A stretch of DNA of 64,000 nt from Pavona decussata (Eukaryota), in contig CDRNST010000250.1 of the NCBI GenBank assembly GCA_977016875.1, positions 992,001 through 1,056,000 on the forward strand, read 5' to 3'. Position numbers and translations under genes: made by a program. Shown here piece by piece: positions 20,822-32,615 of this stretch; the first letter of the stretch is position 1; every line of letters starts with the position of its first letter. The notes below the pieces were generated by a model. The model was not told the origin of the DNA and made no database searches. It was given only the letters and a program-made list of their open reading frames with translations.

Positions 20822-23800
20822 TTATTGGCTGCGAGCGTGAAACTGGCATATCATCTCTATCAGTTCTTGTTTTCTTTTGCCCCTGCCCACTGAAAGTCTG
20901 AGTCGAACTTCAAGGATGTTACGCAGCTGAGGAACTTTCATTTTCCTAAGTTCACTCTCACTGTATTGCGACAACATCTGTGTTTGTAGGTCATCATCAT
21001 CTTCTGTGTTGGGTGACAGTCGAGGAACTTTCCTTGTACTTTCTTGTTTTCCTCCCTCCTGCCAGAATTTGGTGTCCCTTTTTGTGTATTGGCGGGCTGT
21101 TTTTTTTCCATGGCTCTACCTCCTCCTCCCGTTTTTCAACCATCAACAGTGATTTGCATGTATCCCACTTGTTTATTCTTTGGTGGAAATACCTTCGAAA
21201 ATCATCATTCTTTTTTTGTACACCTGATGTAAGAGACAACAGATTATTATTATTCGAAATTTTGGAATGCAATGTTTGTATAAGCGTAGTTAACAAATGA
21301 CAATGTTGTATTATATTTAGTCTGTGATTCAGGGTGATTGCCTTTCACCTGTTAAAAACAAGACAGTAAACAACAGTTTTAACTTGCTGTAAAGGGGGCT
21401 TTACCAACTACTATCACAATTATGGCATGGGGCTGTACAGTTTCTAACAGGACTTGTGCTGTCAGCATGGAAAATTTATCATATGTCAAAATGCTGATGT
21501 GAGTGTAGTTTTACTTCAACATTGAAGAGTATTTCTCCATAGCCTTTCATGGCTGAAGTAAAGTCACCAAGCCACTTTGTATACAGACAGTGTTGACATA
21601 CTTGCAGTATGTTTATTTGTTACCTGGTGTGTATGGTGCCTGATATGGTTTTGTTCAGCAGGGGCCATGTTCTCTCCTGTTTAACACAATCAACACAAAA
21701 CAATAATATTTAAGCCAGGATTTACAAAAAGTATTCAGTTACAACTCCAGATATAGTACAAAAGGCTTGCCAAGATAATATTTCTGTGCTTTGGGCCAAA
21801 GTACTCAAATATTTGGCAAAGAGCCTTTTTAGCCATCTCAAAATTATTCTTACAGCACCGGGAGAAAAATAGAAAGGGATTTCTCTAAGGAAGAATTAGC
21901 TACAATGATGTTTTAGCTATACACAGTGTACCTGTTTCATCTTGATTCATTCACTGGTTTACCCACTGGGTCTGTTAGTTGAAGGGAGACCGGAAGGAGT
22001 CGAAATGTCTCAAACCAGAGGGCTTACTGTGCTCGTTCTCTAAAACAGAAAATTGTAGTTATTAATAATAGTGAGCTAAACTTGAATTATCAAACTTTAT
22101 ATCACATGTAGAAAATGACCATTATTTTTTTATACTGAACTTATTAAATCCAAGCCTTCATATTTGTTACTACTTTTATGTCCCAGCATGAAGAAGAAAG
22201 GCTAACATTGAATACAGAAATTGAATATTACTGCATATTACGGAATATTATGGAATATTACTGCATAAACTCAACCACTACGGTGTACGAGGCATTGTCA
22301 ATGATTGGTTTCAATCATATCTATCATGTAGGTCTCAATCAACTCAAATCGGTTCTGTGGTGTCGGAGAAAGAAAGTGTATTATGTGGCGTTCCTCAGGG
22401 GTCAATTTTAGGACCGTTACTATTCCTTCTATATGTTAACGACATTCAAGCTTCATCCAGTAAACTAGATTTCTTTTTATTCGCTGATGACACGAATCTG
22501 CTATTTGCTGACAAATGCTTAAAGACCCTGGAGCTTATAATAAACAAAGAATTGGAAAATGTTTGTGATTGGTTACTAGCTAACAAGTTGACTTTAAATA
22601 CTAAAAAATCTAATTACGTATTATTTCACCCTCGCCAAAGAGCGACAGCAAATAGCCTTCACATAAAAGTATTCAACTGCAAACACAATGTGTTCGAACA
22701 CCTTGAACAAAAAGATTGTGTTAAGTATCTGGGTGTGTTGATCGACAGCAACCTCTCTTGGCAATATCACATTAATTATATTTCGCTTAAGATAAGTAAA
22801 ACAATTGGTATTATATCACGATTGAGATACGTTCTACCCACTTCTATTCTTCTTCATATTTACCGTTCTCTAATCCATCCTTACGTTTCTTACGGTCTTT
22901 CAGTATGGGGCCAAACTTCAAAATCAAATCTGGAGAAAATCTTAATCCTCCAAAAAAGAGCCTTACGTCTAATTTATTTCCGCAATAACAGAGAGCATGC
23001 CATCCCGTTATTCGTATGTTCTAATATCCTTCCAGTTGACATGCTTTATTTCAAATCTATAGCCAGTCTTATGCATGATATCAATAACCAAAGTGCTCCC
23101 CTGAACCTAATAAATCTTTTTGATCGAGTAGATTCTGTGCACTCGTATAGAACCAGGTCTGCATCCACGGGCAAATTTCATATAAAATGCTCAAAGCTGA
23201 CACAACTGAGCCACTCATTTTCGAGATTAGGTTGTAAAATCTGGAATGAATTACCGGAATCTTTCCGTGCAAAAACTAAAGCCTCCTTTAAGAAATGCCT
23301 TCAGACCAGATTACTAAAACTTCTTGATCAAGAGGATATTTATGTTGACATCAACACTCTGATTAAAAACTTCAAATATCAGTGGTATGATTAGCTAATA
23401 TGAAACTTTCTTAATTTTAATTTAGACAGTCATTATTTTTTACTTCACTTATTACACATTAATTATTGGTATATCTTTAAATTATATTCTGTAAATATAT
23501 ACTAATCAACTGCACTACCCGCCTAGATTAGCCTATGCTATTTGCGGGCTAGTGCATTCTTGCCTTACCTTCGTGAAAAATGTGCTTTAATAAATTGAAT
23601 TGAATTGAATTGAAGGGTCTTACTTGATTTGAAGGCGTTGTCTCTGCTGTTGTCATGACGAAACATCACTGTAGTGACGACTGCGATATGCCTGCGGTTG
23701 CTCTTTGTCATTTCTTCTCAACTCGCTGAGTTCCTGCTGCAGCGCTTGGCATTCCTCCATCGGATCGTACAATTTCCTCGCGCTTTCCTCAATATCCAAG

Positions 23801-24600
23801 TGAAGCTGGTCATTTTCCTCCGCGCTTACTTTCCTGTCGCAATGAACACAATTTATTCCAGGGGAAGCTACTGAACTCTTGAGGGCTAACAAGTATCGTA
23901 AACCAATGTCCTCTTATTTCATGTCGAGCTCTCTTCCCTTGAATGTCAGAGTAGCTTTTCTGGAACTTCGTGACTTTCGGGACGATAATCTTTAACACGC
24001 ACTTTTCGCCGTTCTCTGTGAGCCTAAAGCCAAGTTCCCACAAGCAGTTGAAGAAACAGATCGCTATTTCTTTCGCAGAACTTTTCCTCAAAGTCCACAG
24101 AACTTCGTTGCACACCTGGAGCTTAAAATTGGGATCGCATCCTATAAAGCAAGGTTCACGGACATGAACGTAGAGAGGGTTCATTGTTGGGACATCGTTT
24201 TGTTCCATGAGAGACATCACTTTGAACGGAGATGTAGTTCTTAAAAGAACTGTTTTGTTTTAACAAAATGAGATAGAGGCTGGAATCTGTAAAAAGAACT
24301 GCTACGTATTTTTCACTTGGAGGGAATGGAGCTCCTAAAAGAACTTTCCTACACTGATGACGCAGACTGTGCTTGAATAAGTCCTCAGGGAATTTCCAAT
24401 TGTCGTAGCCTTTGCGGCGCGACTTGACAAACAAGTCACTAGAATAACTCTTTTGTTCTCGCGCTTTTGATCGTGAACGATAATTCATTAATAACAAGGT
24501 ATAATATGTCCTTAAGACAAACTACTTGTTCATCCATTACACCATGTTGAGAGTGTCTAACATGGTAAGCAATTTTGCACGGAAAACAAACGATAGCGAT
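20822..24600 (-). pseudogene. Decayed multi-exon transposase gene, Transib/RAG1/Chapaev-like, with a C-terminal SAP-like motif
   Basis: Exon remnants ~24500-23623 (GTAAG donor), ~22040-21930 (ALWF) and ~21226-20822 (GVQKKNDDFRRYF..KWD; ELRKMKVPQLRNIL..RKQELIEMI*). Confidence 0.5.
22258..23613 (+). mobile_element. 5'-truncated CR1/Crack-group LINE, RT C-terminal part
   Basis: GVPQGSILGPLLFLLYVND, FADD, KYLGV; AATAAA followed by (TTGAA)n tail. Confidence 0.92.
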
Positions 24601-25029
24601 AAATGCTCTGAGTCGGGCGGCAGTACGCGTCACTATCACGCCCATTGTTAGCAAAGAAAAGACTTGCAAATGTTTGCTGTTTTACTTTCTTTGAAAAGGC
24701 ATTGACCCATCATTGTTTCTTTTTATCCGGTGCTAGACAAATTTTGGTGAGTGAGATAGTTTTGGCCGCACTCTTGCGCCGCATTCCCGTAAGGTCGGCA
24801 CGGGGCGCAGAAAGCACTTCAAACTTTCGTAGCAGCACTTGACTTTTTCAACAGCCACAAAAATATTGATTAGTCCTTGCGCTTTAAATGTTGATGTGAA
24901 CTCTTTGAGATTATTTATCACAAGGCGCAAGCAAAATTTTTGCTGTTCTGTTCGTGCTCTCAGTGGTCTAGCATGCTGCTTTCCATTCATTTTCTCTTCG
25001 ACAAATGAGCAAGTGTTTCATTCAAATCC

Positions 25030-25208
25030 AGACTCGTACCCAGTTGCTATTTACATGTTTGTGGTGTGAGAAGATTGGACACAGAGATGGATAGAGGGAC
25101 GCTATTTTTCCTTCGTCTCTTCCCATGACACCCCGCGCTCCTCAATCCGTCCTCGTCTCCAATCTTCTCACACCACAAAACACATAAATAGCAACTGGGT
25201 ACGAGTCT
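25030..25208. mobile_element. Palindromic MITE
   Basis: ~50-bp arms AGACTCGTACCCAGTTGCTATTTA...TAAATAGCAACTGGGTACGAGTCT. Confidence 0.8.
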
Positions 25209-25849
25209 CAAAACCCAACAACGATAAACGCGTTCACTGAAGCTCAAAAATCTATCATTATTTCAGTTATTTCAAAAGGCTTTAGCAGCTGCCTCACAAG
25301 AGAAATTTTCCAGCACTCATCTTTCTCTTCCCACAGAGCAGGATTTAAAGGATTACCCAGAACATGCGCAAAGCTGGTTACAATGTCAAATATCTATCTG
25401 CACATTAAATCACCACTCTGATTCCCAAATTACGACTCTGATCGTCGGCCACAATTGGTATGTTCGTCATAGATCACAACGAAACCCGGCAGACTGAAAA
25501 GTACATTTCAGCCGTTAGTGAACACCCAAGGGATCGCTGAAGATGGCGCTGAAGCAAGATTCATGAACATAGAGACGCTGCCATACAAGCATATTCATGA
25601 CCAAATGGCTCATTTTCTGCTCATTATGTAGAGGGAGCACAAATTCCATGTAAATCCTTATCCGCTATCCTTGATATTTTACCTTAGTATCTGAATTTCC
25701 TTTTTATAGAAACTTTTGCGAGTTACGAGTTCATGAAAAGTTGAACCAAAAACTAGAAATTTAAAAAATAAATTAAACAGTTTGAATTGTCATATAAAAT
25801 AGCTACAGGATAATTCACATTTTAACACAAATTTCCAATAGTTTTTTCA

Positions 25850-26600
25850 AGTCAAGTTACAAGTCAAGTTTGCACTTAATTTCCCTAGACCAAAACTCGA
25901 GCTTGATCCTTCGACATTCTGTTCAAATTCGCATGGTTCCAAACAGTCAAGGTTTGGATCCTGACGACAGAGGTTTGTCTCTAGAATTGCAAAAATTGGC
26001 CCAGTGACCTCGCTTGCTGCATCGAAAGCACATATCGGAAGCTCTGAATGTATTGTAGGAGAATCAACTTTGGGGGCGAAAATAACTAGAAGCTGGAGGA
26101 AAAGAACCAAAAGAACCGCCAGGTTTGGAAGCGCTGAAGGATGGAGGCGCAGAAGCCGAGGAAACTTTAGAACTGGTCTTTCTCTTCCTCTCTTGAAGTG
26201 TTTTAATCTTAACAGAGGCTCTCCTCAGCTTTTTTGATCTTCGAGGCGTCGGCCTCGTCGTCAGCCAAATGTACTCTTGGACTGTGGCCCAACCGAATTC
26301 GGATTTATCAGCTAGCGTGATTATTTTCTGTCTAGAATTAATCGAAGAAATACCTTTGTTAAGTTCCTCCTTAGCTTTAGGAATGTTTCCGCTCTCCAAG
26401 GCTTTCAGAGCTGAACCACTCGTCTTGGCCACTTTATGATTGAAACTAAACTGCTGCTCGTTGCCTTTATTCTGAAACACGTAGGTGTCAGGTTGAAGGT
26501 CTGATGCTATTTGAACGGCTAAATCTGACTGTGCTTAAAGCAAATTGGTCTGGAGACCTTGAATTTAGCATTAACAGCGACCAAGATTGCATTCACGTGT
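25850..26600 (-). pseudogene. DIRS/Ngaro-type gag (ORF1) remnant with CCHC zinc knuckle
   Basis: KGNEQQF, RQKIITLADKSEFGWATVQEY, frameshifted CFRCSKRGHWANFC. Confidence 0.7.
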
Positions 26601-27112
26601 TCAATTCCAATGGTGCAATCTTCTGAGTACATTTTTTTCAGTAGGGCAAAACTGCATTTTAGCTCAGCTTAAGTCATGAATATGTGAATAACATACGCAT
26701 TTCAAATGTCTTACATGATGTAAGTCATTGACATATAAACAACATTTTATTTTCTTTCAGATTTTTATTTTCGCAAATCATTGTATTCACTGCAAGGTCA
26801 CTAAACTTTAGTTTTCCATAGCCTCCCTTGGTGTTAATTTTCACGCTTCGTTCTAAACTTGATCACTTGGTGTATGTTTGTATGCCTCATATCTGGTGTG
26901 TTATCCACACCCCTTTTGGTATATTTGGTTCTATCAGTTTATCTGGTGTCTGAGTCACTCATCAGAGAGTATACCTCTCGTTTTCTCAACAGATTGATAA
27001 CATTAAGTCAAAGGCGGGCTAAATCGAAGGTAGGCTTTGAATATGGGAAATAGTTTGGAGCAGTACAGACCAGTTGTGGGCACACATTTTATATTTATAA
27101 TGTCAAGGGATT

Positions 27113-27362
27113 ATGAAAAACGTTTTAAAGGTAAATTTTTGGCGTACTGTGATTTTGTTGTTCTACATGGAAGCACTCTACTTGCCAGTTTTAAAAGCTG
27201 TGGTTTGTAATTATGAAGTAATGAGGATGAATCGTCTACGGTTAACACAAATGTACCTTTGTCGTTTTTATATTCCTGATTTGATACGTTTAGCTAATGA
27301 TATAGAGGTCAATCCTGGACCTTCCCCATCAAATGTAGATCCGAGTAGAATAGTACATGGAT
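27113..27362 (+). pseudogene. 5' fragment of a TE ORF with a 2A-like stop-go motif
   Basis: LIRLANDIEVNPGP fits D(V/I)ExNPGP; ORF runs into unrelated opposite-strand sequence. Confidence 0.6.
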
Positions 27363-27407
27363 TAAAGAGAACGGTTGAAGACACAGAAAGCTCGACAATC
27401 CCAAAAG

Positions 27408-27945
27408 TTAATGAACACACCAACCACGTTTAACTTTGCTATTGTCTGATTCCCATAAAACAAGTCTTATAGAAGCAGTTTCATCTGTCAGAACTGCTTC
27501 CTGTTTGTTGAGTGTCTTTCCATTGGATTGGATTGTTTCTGGGCTTCCTTGGAAAGTAACACAAACTGCTACGTTAACGTGACTCTTCCACTTGTGTGCA
27601 ACTATTTCATTTACTTTAGTCTTTGTTGTTAAGTCTTCTACATTTTGTAGATCTGCTATATTGAAATCTATCTCACTGTGCAGTGGATCAGATAGCCTGG
27701 TTCTTTTATTAATGTGCACTTCTTCTTCATCAGTGAATGTTTTTTTTTTTTAGTATAATTCGACAGCTTAATTGGGGATGATGATTCATATTTGGCTTTG
27801 AAAGGTTTTATCTTTTCTGGAGAAAAACAAACTGCTCTCAGCGTTTTATCCCTCATTTGCAAAGTGACATCAAAGTAGTCATTATGTGCCTGGCTGACTT
27901 TCATTGGTGAAAGATTGTGTATATAACAGACTGCAGGCTTATCTG
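27408..27945 (-). pseudogene. RPA70-like OB-fold gene remnant (Helitron-associated)
   Basis: YFDVTLQ..RAVCFSP..SPIKL and KQEAVLTDETASIRLVLWE; frameshift at an A-run near 27745. Confidence 0.7.
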
Positions 27946-28109
27946 AAACGAAAAAAAAAAAGTAAGACATTTTGTCTTCAGCATTAGGATTAAATTGCAA
28001 AGAATACCAAGCTAGTAAATATATTTGAGATGAATATAAGAAAAATCATTAACATCTTTTCTATTGTTATAAATAATACTTGAGTTATTTGAGTGACGTT
28101 CGTTTCACT

Positions 28110-28926
28110 AATTACACGCGGAGTTCCTCAGGGCGCAATACTTTCACCACTCCTTTTTTGCATTTATTTGAATGATCTGTTGGGCACACTTGTATTCTGT
28201 CAACTTGAGTTGTATGTTGATGATTCCAAAGTCCTGTTATCCTTTCCTGTATCTGATTTTAACGATGCCAAGATCAAGCTTGAGGGGGGATTTATGCTAA
28301 GTTGCTATCTGGTCCTGTGAAAATCAATTACTCATCAACCCCGATAAAACGAAGTTTATGTTGATTGGCACCAGACAACTGATGAGTAGTCATCCAGTTG
28401 ATTTTTCCGTCTCGTTTATGGGAAGGACTCTCACCCCTGTCGACTCAGCAAGAGACTTGGGCGTAATCATGGACTCCTATGTGACCTATGACAATCACAT
28501 TTCTTACTTAGTCTCTCCGTGCCTGTCAAAGCTAGTCCAGATCAACCGAGTTAAGAAAAGTTTTGACAAAGACATTTTGATGCTTATTATATCATCTCTT
28601 GTATTCAGTAAAATGTTTTACTGCTCGTCAGTTTGGTCTAATACATCTAAAAACAACATAAAAAGCTGCAACTTATCCAGAACTTCGCCTGTAGAACCAT
28701 TACTGGATCACAGAAATATGACCACGTGACACCACTACTCCAACAACTTAACTGGCTGTCAATAAATGAGATGCTCCAATTTAGAGATTCTGTCATGGCA
28801 TACAAATGCGCACCTGACTAGGTATAAAATTTAAAAAAAGATCAGCCGTTCATGATCGCACAACTCGTAATAAGAATAAGCGTCATATCCCGTTATATGT
28901 TTGATTGATTGATTGATTGATTGATT
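28110..28926 (+). mobile_element. Decayed 5'-truncated CR1/L2-group LINE
   Basis: GVPQGAILSPLLFCIYLND, YVDD, ARDLGV; frameshifts; (TGAT)n tail. Confidence 0.85.
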
Positions 28927-29960
28927 CAGAAGCCTGCCCTCTAGTTATCTCCCCCTTCCAATAAGCCCCGCTCTCTTCATTAAAACCTCTTCTCCTGTGC
29001 CAATGATTTTCTCGCCATGATTCCCTTCTCTTGGTGCATAATAGTTTGTTTATGTTGCTTTTGTCAGTGACCTTGAAGTTTGTTAAAACATCATCTGTCA
29101 TGTACACTGTAACGTAAGACATGTTGAACATTTGCCATGGAAAAATTTAATAAGCCCCCCTCCCTAACTCAAGCCCCTTCCCCCATGTTCTATTATGTAA
29201 TAAGCCCCCCCCCCCCCCCCAACTTATCTTATGAGCCCCGGGTGCTAAATAGAGCATATTATATGTATGGTATGCTAAAAATGTATGGTAGATACAAATG
29301 TGAAATACTTACCCTTTTCTGGAGTTTGTGATTGTTGCGACATTTCTGTCTCTATTTTGTCTGCAACTGCAAATGTTGTCAGCATGTTAATCACCCATTG
29401 TGGGTACAATTATGATATACATTGGTATTTACACTGCGTGTGGTACATAAATGAACCTTGAATGTATAGAAAACTGTACTTACATTTATACGTTTGAACT
29501 ATTTAAAACTGATCACAAAACTTGTGTTTTCTTAAACAATATTAATAATATTATTATATACATTGTAAATGTCAGGAGTTAATAAAAAGGGTTTGGTACT
29601 TATACAACAGTGTGTAGAGTTAAGTGAAATCATCAAGAATGGGGATAAGAATACATGTAGATTCTAACAAGCTAACATGTGGCCCTGCTGCTTTCTCAAG
29701 CTTAAGACTATTTTGCTTTTAGGTGAAATAAGCAGATGATCCCTAGTGTATAGTGATTTCAGAGCACATTGTTACTTACCTGATGGTTGATCCATGTGGA
29801 ATTCACTAAAAAAACAATAATTGTATTGTTAAAACAACTGAAGAAAGCAAGTAGACCAATAAACCAGCAATGGTAGTATTAGTAATCATAATTTAATTAT
29901 AATGATGTTGATGATGACGATTTGACAATAAAATTATAGGTAAGAACAAAAACAGTGACA

Positions 29961-30351
29961 TTAGTGTATATATAGTTCAGCCGTTTTTTGAGAAAGATTT
30001 TTTAACCTTTGTTCTTCATTTAATCTGAACCTAGGAGATTCAGATTTTCCGAGTTTTTGAAGTCTTTCAAATGTCATTGCTTCAATTACTAAAGATGACA
30101 GATTACAAACTCCACTGATTCCAACATACATGTATGTTATTCCCAATGTTGTGTCATTTTTACCTATATCTATCCAAGCCCTGTCTAAAGTCATTGCTTG
30201 ACTTTTATGGATTGTTAATGCCCAGGCAAGAGTTAAGGGTAGTTGTTGCCTTTCAAGTACAGTATTGGAAATAATAACAGTACCTACTATTGGTGGGATT
30301 GGTACTTAATATGGTATGTTTGTCATCGAGGGACCAGAATATTTATCAAGC
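29961..30351 (-). pseudogene. PIF1-family helicase C-terminus (Helitron RepHel remnant)
   Basis: ERQQLPLTLAWALTIHKSQAMTL...LGITY motifs. Confidence 0.82.
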
Positions 30352-30759
30352 TGTAATGTGTTCGGTACTTCAAATTTTTGCTCTAGAACAGTGTATGAAC
30401 ACAACACAAGCAAAATGTTCATTTGATATGGTGTAACGTCTTATGAGCAATCATTTGTGGCAGTTTCACCTAGATTGCTCAACCTCGACAGGTCTGAAAT
30501 TTCATTTCGCAATCCTGCGTGCCAATGAAACTACTGTTATTTAGACGTTCGAAAATATGTTCAGTACACTTATAAATGGATGTTTCTCGCAAGAGGGTGA
30601 ACCTAAGAAACTGAAATCTTCAATAAAGTAACTTTGATATATGAGCATTGTTGTGTATTTTTTGTGTTTCGCTACCAAGGATCAGTTTCGCTTTTCAGTA
30701 AAGTTTGTGTTCCATCCCCTTATTATAAAACAAAGGCGTTATGCATCACATTTTTAAAA

Positions 30760-31215
30760 ATATTTTGGCGACAGTCTTTTGATGTCATGGAGTGCAACAT
30801 CCTTGGAGAGATTAACTACATGTACTTTATCCACATTGACGCTTTCAATGTCAGTCGTTATCTTTTCCATATACTTCAAATTCAACGATTTGGCCTTGCG
30901 AATCGATGAGTGGTAGCAGGTACTTGTGAGCAATAAATCTTTCGCTTGTTCCTCCAACTTTAACAATGGATAGTTCCGCTTTTGTGCCATGCAAATTTTC
31001 AGCTTTGGCTTCGTGTTGGTGATGAAACATAATGATGCTGCGCTATCCCACATTACATTCGCCCATCCATTCTTGGTTTTGACGCTTTGCATTAGGAGAA
31101 GGCATGTGTCGCTAGGAGTACTAGTGTTGCTGCATGCACTCGCTGTGGCAAAAACGTTCATTTCTTGACTTTCTCCTTGCAATGTTCTGTGATGGGTTCT
31201 AGTACAGCCGCTTTC
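30760..31215 (-). pseudogene. BEL/Pao LTR retrotransposon aspartic-protease fragment
   Basis: CLLLMQSV..ANVMWDSAASLCFIT, frameshifted KVGG..YLLPLID..KITTDI. Confidence 0.65.
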
Positions 31216-31470
31216 ACCATGCCTACAACTGGATTTCTTTTTAACAATTGTTCTCATAGTGGGATCACAGTGACATAAACGGTATCCATGGTAATACATT
31301 ATAGATGATACCTCTGAACCGTCCCTGTCAACTCTTCCAACAGCCTGTTGATATGCCTCCATACTTTCTGGCACACCAAAAATAATCACCTTTTTGACAT
31401 TCGGAATGTCTACCCCCATCCCTAGGGCACTGGCCGCTATCACCAACCGTATATTGCCATGGTCTGACAA
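31216..31470 (-). pseudogene. RecQ-like SF2 helicase C-terminal fragment, possibly Academ-derived
   Basis: IRLVIAASALGMGVDIPNV..YQQAVGRVDRDG. Confidence 0.75.
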
Positions 31471-31544
31471 TTTTTTAGAAGCTTTTTGACTCTTTTATTA
31501 TTGTTGAATTATTTTTCTTGTAAATATTTATCTTACGTATAAGA

Positions 31545-31722
31545 TTGAGTTTTGTTATTAAATAAATCAGAAAAACTAACGCGTTAGTTTTTCTGATTAA
31601 TTTAATAACAAAATCAACAATAATAATAATAATAATAATAATAATAACTAATCAAGATAAATATCAATCACACAAACTAACGCGTTAGTTTCTCCGATTT
31701 ATATTTATCTTGATTAGTTATT
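31545..31722. repeat. Two spacerless palindromes with a shared AAACTAACGCGTTAGTTT core, separated by (AAT)n
   Basis: 31545-31617 (~37-bp arms) and 31643-31722 (40-bp arms). Confidence 0.85.
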
Positions 31723-31724
31723 CA

Positions 31725-31882
31725 TATTATAGTCTTTGTATATTTTAAGTGTTACTGTTATCTATTATTTTCATATATTGTTATCACATATTTCACACAT
31801 ATTATTATTATTGTAAAGCGTTATTGGTTTCTTAGTAGAAATAACGCTATATAAATAAAGATTATTATTATTATTATTATAT
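31725..31882 (+). mobile_element. L2-type LINE/SINE 3' end
   Basis: Stem-loop AGCGTTATT...AATAACGCT, ATATAAAT, (ATT)n tail. Confidence 0.6.
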
Positions 31883-32615
31883 TGGTGAACAATCGATCGC
31901 CTAAGGTTTTGTGATTATTGATTGTCATCGATTATTGTCATCGATTATGAATACAATTGATAATCGATAAGAATCGATCAATTAAATAACATCAATTTTC
32001 ATTGATTACCAATGTTAATCGATCACTTTTGCTGCCATTGGTTTTTGTCTGACTTTAATTCTCATTAAATACATTCAGTTTAAACTACACGGTCTGTAGT
32101 GTATGCTAAATCTTATTAGCATAGTTTTTTTTTTACAAAAACAAAGATATTCATAACTAGAACGTGTAATGGTAACAGCTTAACATTAGAGGAGAAGAGA
32201 GTTCAGTACAAATTGACGCCGTCGGGTGTGGTAGAACTTGAAGAAAAGCTTCCATTTGCTCGAGCAAACATGTAGCAAGTCAACAATATTATTAATCGAA
32301 GTAAGGAAGAAAACAAAAGGCTTGTTACACCATTCATTGAAAGAAAAGCAGTAATTGACATAAGTGCAGTGATCACATAATAATAAGTTAAGTTGTCCAT
32401 ATATACGCTAATCAGCCCAAGTATAAACAGTATGTGTAATAACAAATAAATGATTCGTTCTTTTTTATCGTCATAATAATAAAGGACAATTTTTGATCCC
32501 ACGATGAATCGCTTTTGTGTTCGTATGAACAAGTAGAGATCGTTTTAGCAGTGTCAATGTCCCCGCTGAGACCTGAACTCTGTTGGCTAGCAGTAGCTGT
32601 AGTCGTCGTGAAGAT

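Noticed and set aside
27062-27078. CCAGTTGTG as the partner TIR of CACAGCTGG at 17091
   Set aside because: Similarity ends after 9 bp and the flanks give no TSD.
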